Shown one piece after another: positions 1-9,158 of a stretch of 53,115 nucleotides of DNA (positions are counted from its first letter, which is position 1; each line of letters starts with the position of its first letter). Under the pieces are notes generated by a model. The model saw only the letters and a program-made list of their open reading frames with translations, did not search any database and was not told the origin of the DNA. Position numbers and translations under genes: made by a program. Origin of the DNA: an uncultured Anaerolineales bacterium (GTDB lineage: Bacteria; Chloroflexota; Anaerolineae; B4-G1); contig CAYPOY010000001.1 in the NCBI GenBank assembly GCA_964412395.1, positions 1 through 53,115 on the forward strand, given 5' to 3'.

Positions 1-2044
1 CCCCGCCCGCCAGCGTAGTCCTCATAGCACCTGCCTCAAAACATCGTGCGCAAGGCGTAAGACGACACACGTGAAGCGAGCACTGGCACCTCGTCCCCTG
101 GTCCCCTTGTCCCCTTGTTCCCTTGTTGCCATTGCCTTGGCCTGGCGGAGCGGCTCCTAGCCGCACGAAGGTGCGCGATGTTCCCAACGCACTGAAAAGC
201 TCATCCACTGCTGCCTGTACGATGCCCTCTACGTTGGTAGCACGGCGCATCCTGTCGGTGATCTCGCGGGTCAGCCGCTCACGGGTGGCACGGCGCTGAG
301 TTTCATCGAGGAGCCGCAGGTTTTCGGCAGCCAGGGCCATGCGTTCGGCGACGGCTTCGACCAAAGTGATTTCGTCGTCGGTCCACTGCCGCGCCTTATC
401 GTCGTGGATGCCCAGGGCGCCGATGACTGCGCCACGCAGAGCAATGGGCGCGACCAGGGCAGAGTGGTCCATTTCCCCTTCATCACCGTCGCCGGTCAGC
501 ACCGTCGCGCTTTGCCGTGCCACTGCCTGCTGGATTTCGGGCACCACCGCATCGTCCAATGGAGCAACGCCCGGACGCCTGGTCTCGTAACGGGTCTGCT
601 TTGCAGTTTGCAGGTATTCGGTCCACGCCTGGCCCAGGTAGCGTCGGTGGGTGGCCTCCATCTCCTCCAGGGCGGCCTGAGCATCGGCAAACAGCCGGGC
701 GTTGTCAATGGCTACTGCTACCTGGTCGGCCATAGTCTGCAAGACGGCGATGTCCGCCTCGTCAAAGGCTGCCTCTTCCGCGCTCTGCACAGTCATCGCG
801 CCGATGATCTGTCCTCGCGAACTGAGCGGCAGTGCCATCTCGGAGCGTGTCTCCGGCAGGAGGGGGTTGTCGAAGCGAATGGCTTCCTTGCCAACGTCCA
901 GCGCGATACGGGCCTCGGCACGGGCCACGCACTGGCCGATCATGGATTCGCCGCCTACCTCCAGCCTGTGCCTCTGGGCCAGCATCTGTTGCCCAGCCTC
1001 GCCCGTGCCGGCGCGCAAGACGGCAAATCGCTGCTTTTCATCCACCAGGAACAGGCCCACGTAGTAGAGGTTGAAGCGCTCGCGGACCAGGCCCACCACC
1101 TGGCGCAGCAGTTCTTCGGGGTCGAGCACCACAGTCGTGGCACGAGCGACCTCGGCCGCCGTCCGCAAGCCGCGTGTGCGGTCAGCCACGCGCTGTTCCA
1201 GGCTGCCGATCACGTCGGCTAGCTCGTCTGCCATCTTGTTGAACTCATCGCCCAACTCCTCGATCTCATCGCCGGTTCGAACATCCAGCTCGTATTCGAG
1301 GTCACCGCTGCTGATGCGCGCAACCCCCTGCCGCAGCTCGCTGATGGACAGGCTCAGCCCCCGGAACACGAACTGCCGCCAGCCCAGGGCAATAGCCGTG
1401 GTCAACACCACCAGGATGGTCAGCAGCAGGGCTGCCTGCCGAACCACGGCCTGGGTGCGCATAGCCATCAGTCCCACATCTCGGTCGGCCTGGCGCACCA
1501 GCCGCCGGATGAGAAGACCCATATGCTTGTTGGCCGGCCTGACCTTCTGCTCCAGCGCCACGCCCGCCTCTGTCCAGCGTTCCTGTCGGGCTAGCACATC
1601 CACCTCATTCACTCCCTGGCGTAGCTCACCGTAGGCCACCTGCATCTCTCCGGGAAGGCCTGAAGCCCCTATCTCCCCGCCAGACTCTTGCAAGGTCTCC
1701 ACGTAGAAGCTGAGATTGCCCAGAGATACTGCGAGCTCTGTACTCGCCAGGAGCGGGTTCTCTGTCAAAAGCATGTGATCCAGCGCCGCGACGAGCCTGT
1801 GTCCCGAGGCCAGCAACTCCAGGGACCACGCCAGTTGCTGCTCTTTTTCGCGCGCATCACCGATCGTCTGGCCAATGATGCTCACCTGCCAGAGGCCAAC
1901 TCCCCCGGCCAACAGTGTCAGCACGACCATCAGCACAGAAGCAGCGGTCAGTTTGTGCGCAATGCGCCGTTTTCCAGTTGGTCTGGATCGCGTATCCGTT
2001 TCTTGCGCCTCTGCTTTTAATCCGAAAACCTTGGCCACTTTCAT
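1..2044 (-). CDS. HAMP + tandem-GAF sensor protein without recognisable output domain; 3' end runs off the left window edge (partial)
   Basis: Absent from the ORF track because no stop is reached. My translation of the minus strand from ATG 2044..2042 gives MKVAKVFGLKAEAQETDTRSRPTGKRRIAHKLTAASVLMVVLTLLAGG (TM helix). It continues with a HAMP-like block (ISSGDLEYELDVRTGDEIEELGDEFNKMADEL), GAF-like blocks (RFNLYYVGLFLVDEKQRFAVLRAGTGEAG; MALPLSSRGQIIGAMTVQS) and the tail ATNVEGIVQAAVDELFSALGTSRTFVRLG. The frame stays open to position 1. Paralogue of 2053..3858 and 3963..5690. Confidence 0.8.
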   Translation of the reverse strand, partial: MKVAKVFGLKAEAQETDTRSRPTGKRRIAHKLTAASVLMVVLTLLAGGVGLWQVSIIGQTIGDAREKEQQLAWSLELLASGHRLVAALDHMLLTENPLLASTELAVSLGNLSFYVETLQESGGEIGASGLPGEMQVAYGELRQGVNEVDVLARQERWTEAGVALEQKVRPANKHMGLLIRRLVRQADRDVGLMAMRTQAVVRQAALLLTILVVLTTAIALGWRQFVFRGLSLSISELRQGVARISSGDLEYELDVRTGDEIEELGDEFNKMADELADVIGSLEQRVADRTRGLRTAAEVARATTVVLDPEELLRQVVGLVRERFNLYYVGLFLVDEKQRFAVLRAGTGEAGQQMLAQRHRLEVGGESMIGQCVARAEARIALDVGKEAIRFDNPLLPETRSEMALPLSSRGQIIGAMTVQSAEEAAFDEADIAVLQTMADQVAVAIDNARLFADAQAALEEMEATHRRYLGQAWTEYLQTAKQTRYETRRPGVAPLDDAVVPEIQQAVARQSATVLTGDGDEGEMDHSALVAPIALRGAVIGALGIHDDKARQWTDDEITLVEAVAERMALAAENLRLLDETQRRATRERLTREITDRMRRATNVEGIVQAAVDELFSALGTSRTFVRLGAAPPGQGNGNKGTRGQGDQGTRCQCSLHVCRLTPCARCFEAGAMRTTLAGG
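95..126. repeat. 8-bp tandem repeat (CCCCTTGT-like, 4 units)
   Basis: Read directly: cccctggt ccccttgt ccccttgt tcccttgt. It lies in the 3' tail of the partial GAF gene, after the conserved RTFVRLG tail motif. Confidence 0.8.
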
Positions 2045-2052
2045 ATTTTTCA

Positions 2053-3858
2053 TTACCTTTCTTCTTGTGATTTGTGGCCTGACCCATCCCCGCCGGCCAA
2101 CTCTGCCTCCGTGCCCATCCGCACGAAGGTGCGCGAACCGCCCGTCGCTCTGTTCAGCCCTTCCGCCGTGATGCGCATCAGAGCCTCCATATCCGTGGCC
2201 CGCTGCATCTGGTCCGTGATCTCGCCGATCAACCGCTCACGGGCGGCATGGCGCCGGGTCTCCTCGAAGAGTCGCAGGTTCTCAACGGTCAGCGTGAATT
2301 GCTCAGCGACAGTTTCTGCCAGGGCAATGTCCTCGGCCGTCCACGGTCGCCGGTGGCGTGTCTCTTGCAAAGCCATTGTGCCGATGACCTGTCCCCTCAA
2401 CTTCAGGGGAACCACCAGCGCGGTCTGGGGGGTGGATGCCTTTTCATCTCGGTTTGGAGAGGGGCTGTCCGCGTTGTCTACAGTAGTTGTCTGCCCGTGC
2501 GCCATCGCTTCGCGCCGGGCCTCGTGCAGGAAGCTTCCATCCCCCGGTTCCGTTCCCGGTTGAGTGTAATCAATTTGGGCCACCGGCCCCATAGCCAGGA
2601 ATTCCCTCCACGCTTGGGCCAGGTAGCGTCGTTGGACAGCCTGTATCTCCTTCAGGACGGCCTCGGTCTGGCTGAAGAGCCGGGCATTGTCAATCGCTAC
2701 TGCCACTTGATCGGCCAGCGTCTGTAGGGCGGCGGTGTCGGCCTTGCTGAAGGCTCCCTCCTGGGTGCTTTGCACGCTCAGTGCTCCCAGGGTATGTCCG
2801 CGTGAGCGCAGCGGCAAGGCGATTTCCGAGCGCATGCGCGGCACAGGTAGGGCATCAGACCGTACCGCGTCCTCTTCCCTCCCCCCGCTTCGGGGGGAGC
2901 CGGAGGGGGAGGCAACGCGGGCTTGCCGGTGGGTGATGCACCAGCCGATCGTGGATGTTTCATTCACTTCCAGTTGGTAGCCCGTCTCCAGCGATAACTG
3001 CCCGGTCTCACCAGTGGCAGCTTTCAGCACGGCAAAACGCTGCGCCTCGTCGAGCAAGAACAGGCCCACGAAGTCTACCGTCATCACGCCCATGGGTCTG
3101 AATCCCTCCCGGATTCGGTTGACTACCCCTGTCAGCAACTTTTCCGGGTCCAGGATGGAGGAGCCAGCGCGAGCGATCTCGGCTGTCGTTTGCAATTGGG
3201 AGGTCTGCCGGCGCAATCGCTCGTTTGTTTCCTCCAGCTCCCGTGTCTGTGCCTGCAGTTGCCTGTTGGCCGCGCTCGCCCCCGCCAGTGCCTCCAACCA
3301 GCCCCGGTTGGACGACCGTAAGATCAGTGTCAGGCTGAGCACCATAAGTAGGAATGATCCCCCCTCGCTGACCCACGTTTCCAGCGCAGTCGGGTCCTCG
3401 GTCACCAGAGGAACAATCCACTTCTGACTGAAGGCAAGGGCAAAGATGGCGTAGGTAAGGATACTGATGACTCCGGCTGCGATGCCGTGGGGCGGGCCTG
3501 CCAGGACGAGGGCCAGGGCTGGTAGCAGCAGCAGCCAGACACGTCCACTGCCGGGCAGCCCACCCCGGCGGAAGATGAAGACGCTCAAGAAATAGACGAG
3601 CAGGAGTAAGATCGGGGCCCGGGTGCGATAACCTATGCTGCGCCAGCTCCAGGTGACCAGCACGATTAGCCAGCCGGCGAGGAAGGGGGCTATCTCGATC
3701 CACCGTTCCCGCACGCGCATACCCTCCGGCAGCGTGACGTAGGTTAAGACCAGTGCTACCAGGCCGCCGACCGTTGCAGCCAGCAGCAGATGGCTCAGAA
3801 GCGTGGCACGGAGGCGCCTGATTTCGCTCTTCCAATCAGATACGGCTTGTGTGTTCAT
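2053..3858 (-). CDS. Polytopic membrane protein with coiled coil and two GAF domains (no kinase/cyclase output)
   Basis: ORF track 2053..3864 (603 aa). The N-terminal ~190 aa carry 5-6 hydrophobic helices. Coiled coil QLQAQTRELEETNERLRRQTSQLQ. GAF-like blocks (VDFVGLFLLDEAQRFAVLKAATGETG; IALPLRSRGHTLGALSVQS; LVVPLKLRGQVIGTMAL). I moved the start to ATG 3858 (GGGGAG 5 nt upstream); 3864 is GTG. Confidence 0.8.
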   Translation of the reverse strand: MNTQAVSDWKSEIRRLRATLLSHLLLAATVGGLVALVLTYVTLPEGMRVRERWIEIAPFLAGWLIVLVTWSWRSIGYRTRAPILLLLVYFLSVFIFRRGGLPGSGRVWLLLLPALALVLAGPPHGIAAGVISILTYAIFALAFSQKWIVPLVTEDPTALETWVSEGGSFLLMVLSLTLILRSSNRGWLEALAGASAANRQLQAQTRELEETNERLRRQTSQLQTTAEIARAGSSILDPEKLLTGVVNRIREGFRPMGVMTVDFVGLFLLDEAQRFAVLKAATGETGQLSLETGYQLEVNETSTIGWCITHRQARVASPSGSPRSGGREEDAVRSDALPVPRMRSEIALPLRSRGHTLGALSVQSTQEGAFSKADTAALQTLADQVAVAIDNARLFSQTEAVLKEIQAVQRRYLAQAWREFLAMGPVAQIDYTQPGTEPGDGSFLHEARREAMAHGQTTTVDNADSPSPNRDEKASTPQTALVVPLKLRGQVIGTMALQETRHRRPWTAEDIALAETVAEQFTLTVENLRLFEETRRHAARERLIGEITDQMQRATDMEALMRITAEGLNRATGGSRTFVRMGTEAELAGGDGSGHKSQEER

Positions 3859-3910
3859 TAGCACTCCCCTGCGTTACTTTCTATGGGGGGATTTCCCGGC
3901 AATGATATCC

Positions 3911-3945
3911 ATGAACAATGAACAACGAACAATGAACAATGACCA
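3911..3945. repeat. Heptamer tandem array (ATGAACA x5)
   Basis: Read directly: atgaaca atgaaca acgaaca atgaaca atgacca. AT-rich island in the 98-nt gap between two minus-strand GAF genes. Confidence 0.9.
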
Positions 3946-3962
3946 AGCTAAGGGCCATTGCG

Positions 3963-5690
3963 CTATTTGTGCATCGGTGCTTCGAGGCTCAGTTCGATGG
4001 AAACGTGGGGTACTCTCATTGTCTGCGAGAGCTCCTCCGCCGTCATCTGTAGAGCCTGCTCTATATCCACAGCCCGACGGATGTGGTCAATCATCTGGCG
4101 GGCCAGTTGTTCTCGTTCGGCACGTCGTTGTGCGCTTTCCCACAGTTGGGCGCGCTCAAGTGCCACCGCCGCTTGGTCGCTCAGAGCCTCGTAGAGGCGC
4201 AAGGCGGTGTCTGAGAAGGGGCCAGGACTGGCGCGTAGCACGGCCACCTGGCCGATCACCTTCTCCCTGGCACGCAGTGGGATGTTGGCCAGTGCCCTCA
4301 CGCCCGTCGCTATAAAGGCCTGGCGTGCACTCTGGGGCAGGCGCTCGTCCTGTTCTACGTCGGCTACTGTCCACAGAGTGCTCACCATTTCGGGTGGGAA
4401 GGGGCTCTCCGTGATCGGTAGCCGCGTGCCAGGTTGGTATTGAGATTCCCGGTCTCGCCGCCACACTCCCCGGTACAGAAGGGTTTCAGGTTCGCCGGCA
4501 GGTGAGAATTCAAACTCCACCACGATGCATCCATCGGCCCTCGTCTCGGTCACAGAGGCAATGATGGAATCCGCGACCTCGTCTATTGTCGTCGCCTGGG
4601 TTAAGCGGCGGCTGGTGCGGTAGATCGGGCTGGTCGCTTCCAGCAGCAGCGTCTCGTCGGAGACCCGCCGGGCGTTCTCTATGGCGATGGCGATCTGATT
4701 GGCCATACTCTGGAGCACTCGTACGTCGTCCTTGTCAAAGGCGGCCTCCTCAGTGGATTGGACGTTAAGCACACCCAGGAGCCGGTCGCTGACGCTCAGG
4801 GGGAGAGCCATTTCAGAGCGCGTGCGAGGAAGGAGAGGGTTGGCAAAACGGACTGTGTCCTCCTCCGCATACAGAGCAATGCGGGGCTGGTGATGGAGGG
4901 CAGTCCAGCCGACCATGCTGGTATCGCCCACGGCCAGGCGGTGTCCTTGGGCCTTCATCTGCGCGCCCGCCTCCCCTGTGGCCTCCCGCAGAACAGCCCA
5001 CTCCCCAACCTCGTCCAGCATAAAGATACCGGCGTGATAGAAGCCGAACCGGTCACGGATCAGATCTACAGTCTTGCGGAATAGTTCGTCCACGTCGAGG
5101 ATGGAGGTGATGGCTCGCCCCACCTCGGCGCTGGCCTCCAGGTGGATGGCTCGCCGCTGGAGGGCGTAATTGGCCTCCTGGAGCGCCTGGGTGCGCTCTG
5201 CCACCCGTTGCTCCAGTTCGGCGTAAGAGGCCTGGAGTTGATCGGCCATCTCGTTGAAGGCAGTGGCGAGGTGGCCAAACTCGTCTGCCCAATCAACTTG
5301 AATTCGCTCTTCCAGGTTTCCCCTGGCCAGGCGCCCGGTCACCTCGGTCAGCCGCTCCACTGGCTGGGCGACACTGCGGATGGAGATGATGGTGGTACTC
5401 AGGACCGCGATTGCAATGAGCAGCCCCCACGCCAGGGGGACTTCCCACATCGCATGGCGAGTCGCCTCGACCTCCGCGAAAGCGGCAGCCTGCTGCTCAG
5501 TCGCCAGCGCTTGGGTCTGTGCTACTATCTCCTCCAGGACAGCCACAGCCTGATCCAGGCGGGAGAGAGACACAGAATAAAGGATACCAGTCACCAAAAG
5601 TAAGATCAAGATGACGAGCGCACTTCCGGTAAGTTGGGCCCGGATGTTTGTGACGCGCGCGGTGAGAATTGACTTTGATGCTTCGTTCAT
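3963..5690 (-). CDS. HAMP + tandem-GAF sensor protein (no output domain)
   Basis: ORF track 3963..5801. TM helices, HAMP (VAQPVERLTEVTGRLARGNLEERIQVDWADEFGHLATAFNEMADQL) and two GAF-like blocks (FYHAGIFMLDEVGEWAVLREATGEAG; MALPLSVSDRLLGVLNVQS). The likely start is ATG 5690 (MNEASKSIL), which overlaps the kinase stop as ATGA (5687..5690). Confidence 0.8.
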   Translation of the reverse strand: MNEASKSILTARVTNIRAQLTGSALVILILLLVTGILYSVSLSRLDQAVAVLEEIVAQTQALATEQQAAAFAEVEATRHAMWEVPLAWGLLIAIAVLSTTIISIRSVAQPVERLTEVTGRLARGNLEERIQVDWADEFGHLATAFNEMADQLQASYAELEQRVAERTQALQEANYALQRRAIHLEASAEVGRAITSILDVDELFRKTVDLIRDRFGFYHAGIFMLDEVGEWAVLREATGEAGAQMKAQGHRLAVGDTSMVGWTALHHQPRIALYAEEDTVRFANPLLPRTRSEMALPLSVSDRLLGVLNVQSTEEAAFDKDDVRVLQSMANQIAIAIENARRVSDETLLLEATSPIYRTSRRLTQATTIDEVADSIIASVTETRADGCIVVEFEFSPAGEPETLLYRGVWRRDRESQYQPGTRLPITESPFPPEMVSTLWTVADVEQDERLPQSARQAFIATGVRALANIPLRAREKVIGQVAVLRASPGPFSDTALRLYEALSDQAAVALERAQLWESAQRRAEREQLARQMIDHIRRAVDIEQALQMTAEELSQTMRVPHVSIELSLEAPMHK

Positions 5691-8140
5691 ATCCCTTCCT
5701 TCCCTTTCACCATCCCAGCCCCAGCTTCCGCCGGTGAATCCGGCTGCAGGGGCAATGTAAATGTAAAGGTGGAGCCCTTCCCTATCTCGCTTTCCACCCA
5801 CATCTCCCCGCCGTGCATCTCCACAAACTCCTTGCTCAGCGCCAGTCCCAGACCAGCTCCGTCGGGCCGGCGGCCGTTTTCCAGGCTGCCCTGTTCGAAC
5901 TGCTCAAAGATCCGTTCCCGATCCTCCGGTGGGATGCCCACGCCGGTGTCGCTGACACTCACCAGCACCTGCCCATTGGCAGGCCAGGCCCGCACGGTGA
6001 TGACTCCCTGCTCCGTGAATTTGGCCGCGTTCGCCAGGAGCCACAGCAGCACCTGGCGGATGCGTGCTGGGTCAGCCTGCACCGTGGGCAGGTTGGGGGC
6101 AATCTCCTGGTGCAACTCGATGTCTTTGTCATGCACCAGTGCGCTGGCAGTGGCCAGCACGCTGCGCATTAAATCGGCCAAATTCACATCCCGGAACTCC
6201 AGTTCCATCAACCCGGCCTCGATGTGAGAGATGTCCAGTAGATCGTTGATCAGGCCTAGCAGGTGCTGGCCGTTGCGGTAAATGATCTGCAGATCGTTCT
6301 GCTGCTGCTCTGTCAATTGCCCATCTATTCCCTTCAGCATCAGCCGGGAGAAACCGATGATGTTGGTGAGGGGAGTGCGCAGTTCGTGGGACATGTTGGT
6401 CAGGAAACGGCGTTTAGACCGATCCAGTTCCCGCAATCGCTTGGCAGCCTCTCGCTCTACGGCGTAGGCGCGGGCGTTCTCCAGGGCAATGGTGATCTGG
6501 TTGGCGACGTTCTGCAGGGCGGAGACGCCATCTGCGTCGAAGTCCTCCTCCTCAGTGCTCAGGATGTCGAGCACACCAACGATCTGGTCACCCATTCTGA
6601 GCGGCAGCGCTGCTTCTGTGCGGATGTAGGCCGAGAAAAGCACCTCTTGTGCGCGCTCTGCATTCCACTTGACGATGCAGGGCTCCCCCGTCAGGATGGC
6701 CTGGCCAATGGCGCTCCCATCCTCGACCGGCACAGGCTTTGCTTTGACAGTCGCCATCTCCTCTCCGCCACCCGTCGCTTCCTGGAGCAATGCCTGCCTG
6801 TTGTCATCGTCCAGAAGATAGATACCAACGTAGGAGTAGGCAAAGCTGTCATGTATCAGCCGCACCACCTCTCGCGATAATTGGTCCGGCTCCAGGATTG
6901 AGGTGGCTGCCTGGCTGACCTCGACGGTGGTGGCGAGTTGGATGGCCCGCCGCTGGATTTGATAGTTGGCTCTCTGTAGGAGGGCTGTGCGTTGAGCGAC
7001 TTTACCCTCCAGGTCGTTGTACAGGGCCTTCAGTTCCGCCGCCATGCGGTTGAATACGTATGCCAGGATGCCGATTTCGTCTCGCGACGTGACTGGCACG
7101 CGTTGCTCCATGTCCCCCTCTGCAATGCTGAGTGCCGACTCAGTCAACCGCACGATCGGGCGTGTGATCTGCCGCGTCACGATCGCGGCGATAATGGCAG
7201 TAGCCAGCGCCACCGCCAGCGTGGCACCGACAACGGCAGCAGTGACAGCATCGGTCGAGGCGAAGGCTTCCTCTTGAGTTTGCTCTGCTACCAGTGCCAG
7301 TCCCAGTTCCGGCATCCAGCGGTAGACCCCGATGACCGGGACGCCGGCATAGTTCTTGTAGAGCCCCTCTCTGTTGTCACCGGACAGGGCAGCTTCGATG
7401 CCTGGGCTGGTCACCGCTTGCCCTTGGGGCAACGCTATCCCGCTGGCGTCTACCAGGTAAATTTCTCCCGTCTTTCCCAGTCCACTCACCGCCTGCATAG
7501 TGTGAATCAGGTCGCTCAGGTTGAGCCAGCCGGTCAGCAGGCCGAGTGTCTCGGCGTCTGGGCCGGTGATACGCTGGATAACTACCAGCCCCGTCTCGCC
7601 GGTTGAGTCGGGCATGATGGACTGAAGTCCAGTGGCTTGTTCGGGGCCAAGTGTGATCGTCTGTTCCGTCAGCGGACATTCAGTCTGCGGGTCAATACCA
7701 GTATCAGTAGATATCAGCACCTGGCCTTCGCCGTCGAGCACGGTTAGGCAGCAAAAGGCCGGGTCTTGTGCCAGTAAGGCATGCAATTGGGCGTGCAGCA
7801 CGTCGCGAGCGATGCTGTCGTCAGTTGCGTTGGTAACCAGGGCGCTTACGTTTTCTTGAGTAGCAGGCAAGGCTGCCAGAAGCGCCAGGTCGGCAGTGCG
7901 ATTTTCGACCCATTGATGAACCTGCGTTTCCATCATTGTAGCCACGGAGAATAGTTTGGTGGTAACCTCACGTTGAATGTCCTGCCGCTCGCGCTGAGTG
8001 GCGTACCAACTGATGGTGCTTAGCGGCACGATCGCCAGTACCAGGAAGGCAGTCAGCAGGGTTCTGCCCAGCCCGCCGCGCATCCCGGTGGTTGGGATAC
8101 GAGGTCGTTCGTCGAGCCTGGCGACAACATGATTTTTCAT
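5687..8140 (-). CDS. Sensor histidine kinase (Cache-like periplasmic domain, HAMP, GAF, HisKA, HATPase_c)
   Basis: 817-aa ORF. H-box FLTNMSHELRTPLTNIIGFS. G-boxes DTGVGIP and GAGLGLALSKEFVEMHGGEMWVESEIGKGSTFTFTLP. HAMP RPIVRLTESALSIAEGDMEQRVPVTSRDEIGILAYVFNRMAAEL. Extracytoplasmic segment lies between two TM helices. Confidence 0.92.
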   Translation of the reverse strand: MKNHVVARLDERPRIPTTGMRGGLGRTLLTAFLVLAIVPLSTISWYATQRERQDIQREVTTKLFSVATMMETQVHQWVENRTADLALLAALPATQENVSALVTNATDDSIARDVLHAQLHALLAQDPAFCCLTVLDGEGQVLISTDTGIDPQTECPLTEQTITLGPEQATGLQSIMPDSTGETGLVVIQRITGPDAETLGLLTGWLNLSDLIHTMQAVSGLGKTGEIYLVDASGIALPQGQAVTSPGIEAALSGDNREGLYKNYAGVPVIGVYRWMPELGLALVAEQTQEEAFASTDAVTAAVVGATLAVALATAIIAAIVTRQITRPIVRLTESALSIAEGDMEQRVPVTSRDEIGILAYVFNRMAAELKALYNDLEGKVAQRTALLQRANYQIQRRAIQLATTVEVSQAATSILEPDQLSREVVRLIHDSFAYSYVGIYLLDDDNRQALLQEATGGGEEMATVKAKPVPVEDGSAIGQAILTGEPCIVKWNAERAQEVLFSAYIRTEAALPLRMGDQIVGVLDILSTEEEDFDADGVSALQNVANQITIALENARAYAVEREAAKRLRELDRSKRRFLTNMSHELRTPLTNIIGFSRLMLKGIDGQLTEQQQNDLQIIYRNGQHLLGLINDLLDISHIEAGLMELEFRDVNLADLMRSVLATASALVHDKDIELHQEIAPNLPTVQADPARIRQVLLWLLANAAKFTEQGVITVRAWPANGQVLVSVSDTGVGIPPEDRERIFEQFEQGSLENGRRPDGAGLGLALSKEFVEMHGGEMWVESEIGKGSTFTFTLPLQPDSPAEAGAGMVKGKEGI

Positions 8141-8569
8141 TTATTTCCTGTGCCCGGGTTCCCCTGGTTCCCAGACTTTCTCTCCCTGGAGGATACTGCG
8201 AATCTGGTTGGGAAAGCGGTCTGGGTCGATGGGTTTGCCAATGAAGCCATCGAAGCCTGCGCTGCGGGCATGCTCCATATTGTTCGTAGAAGCGTCGGCG
8301 GTCACGGCGACGACGAGGGTGTCCTTGAAGCGCGGGTGAGCACGCAGCCTGTCCAGCACCTGGTACCCGTCTTCCTCTGGAAGGAAGATATCCATCAAGA
8401 TCAGGTCAATGTGTGGTAGTGCCTCCGCGAACTCCAGAACCTGCCAGCCCGAGGCTTTCCATTCACATTTCTTCACGCCCAGGAAGGCCAGCAGGCGCGT
8501 GATAAGCACAAAGTTCTGGACGTTATCTTCGACGACGAGGATCGTGGCGTCCTTGGGTCGTACATTCAT
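8141..8569 (-). CDS. Single-domain response regulator (CheY-like receiver)
   Basis: 142 aa. Motifs ILVVEDN, DLILMDIFLPEEDG, VVAVTA, GKPID. The stop abuts the kinase start codon (8141/8140). Confidence 0.9.
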   Translation of the reverse strand: MNVRPKDATILVVEDNVQNFVLITRLLAFLGVKKCEWKASGWQVLEFAEALPHIDLILMDIFLPEEDGYQVLDRLRAHPRFKDTLVVAVTADASTNNMEHARSAGFDGFIGKPIDPDRFPNQIRSILQGEKVWEPGEPGHRK

Positions 8570-8577
8570 GGTAACCT

Positions 8578-8958
8578 CTATGTGCCGGTTTTCTGCAGCG
8601 CTGCCCTGACCTGATCCGGTAGTCGGTCTACGTCAATCGGTTTCTGAATGTAGCCATCGCAGCCTGCTGCCAGGGTGCGTTCCCGATCCCCTTGCATCAC
8701 GTTGGCTGTGATGGCCAGGATGGGTACTTGTTGCAGGCCGGGTGTGTCACGGAAGCACCTGGCCAGGTCGTAACCATCTATTTCTGGAAGGTTGATGTCC
8801 AGCAGGATCAAATCTGGCCGCGTCTGAGTGGCCATTTCCAATCCGGTAGGGCCATCCGCCGCTTCCGCAACGGAATAGCCCTCTGCCTCCAGGACGCGTT
8901 TCACCAGCAACCGATTCTCAGGGTTGTCTTCAATGTAAAGGACATGAGCGTCATTCAT
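8578..8958 (-). CDS. Single-domain response regulator (CheY-like receiver)
   Basis: ORF track 8578..8985. Motifs VLYIEDN, DLILLDINLPEIDG, ILAITA, QKPID. Start moved to ATG 8958 (AGGGGGA about 10 nt upstream). 8-nt gap to the next receiver gene. Confidence 0.85.
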   Translation of the reverse strand: MNDAHVLYIEDNPENRLLVKRVLEAEGYSVAEAADGPTGLEMATQTRPDLILLDINLPEIDGYDLARCFRDTPGLQQVPILAITANVMQGDRERTLAAGCDGYIQKPIDVDRLPDQVRAALQKTGT

Positions 8959-9158
8959 CAGATGTGTTCCCCCTATGATCTGCACCTGCGTTTGTCATTA
9001 TAGCAAATTCAAGCGTCTATGACAATGCTGCTACGTTACAGATTGGTTACAATTTCTCGTGCTGGGGGAAACGCGGGATTTGCTCTTGGTGATAAAATGT
9101 GTAAAATATAGCAACCGTGTGGGTTATTCCACACAGCTCGACCGGAGAGGAGGCATAG

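Noticed and set aside
404-1222. Long plus-strand ORFs (404..1222, 1071..1634, 1688..2020) covering the first 2 kb
   Set aside because: They are antisense shadow ORFs of the real minus-strand HAMP-GAF gene (1..2044). Their translations are Arg/Ala/His/Gln-rich with no motifs, whereas the minus strand gives a clean paralogue of the two neighbouring GAF genes.
8986-9158. Promoter calls in the AT-rich divergent region between the receiver gene and 9159..9938 (for example TTGCTC-16-TAAAAT around 9081..9108)
   Set aside because: Several overlapping weak -35/-10 combinations are possible on both strands. None is near-consensus, so I did not annotate a specific promoter.
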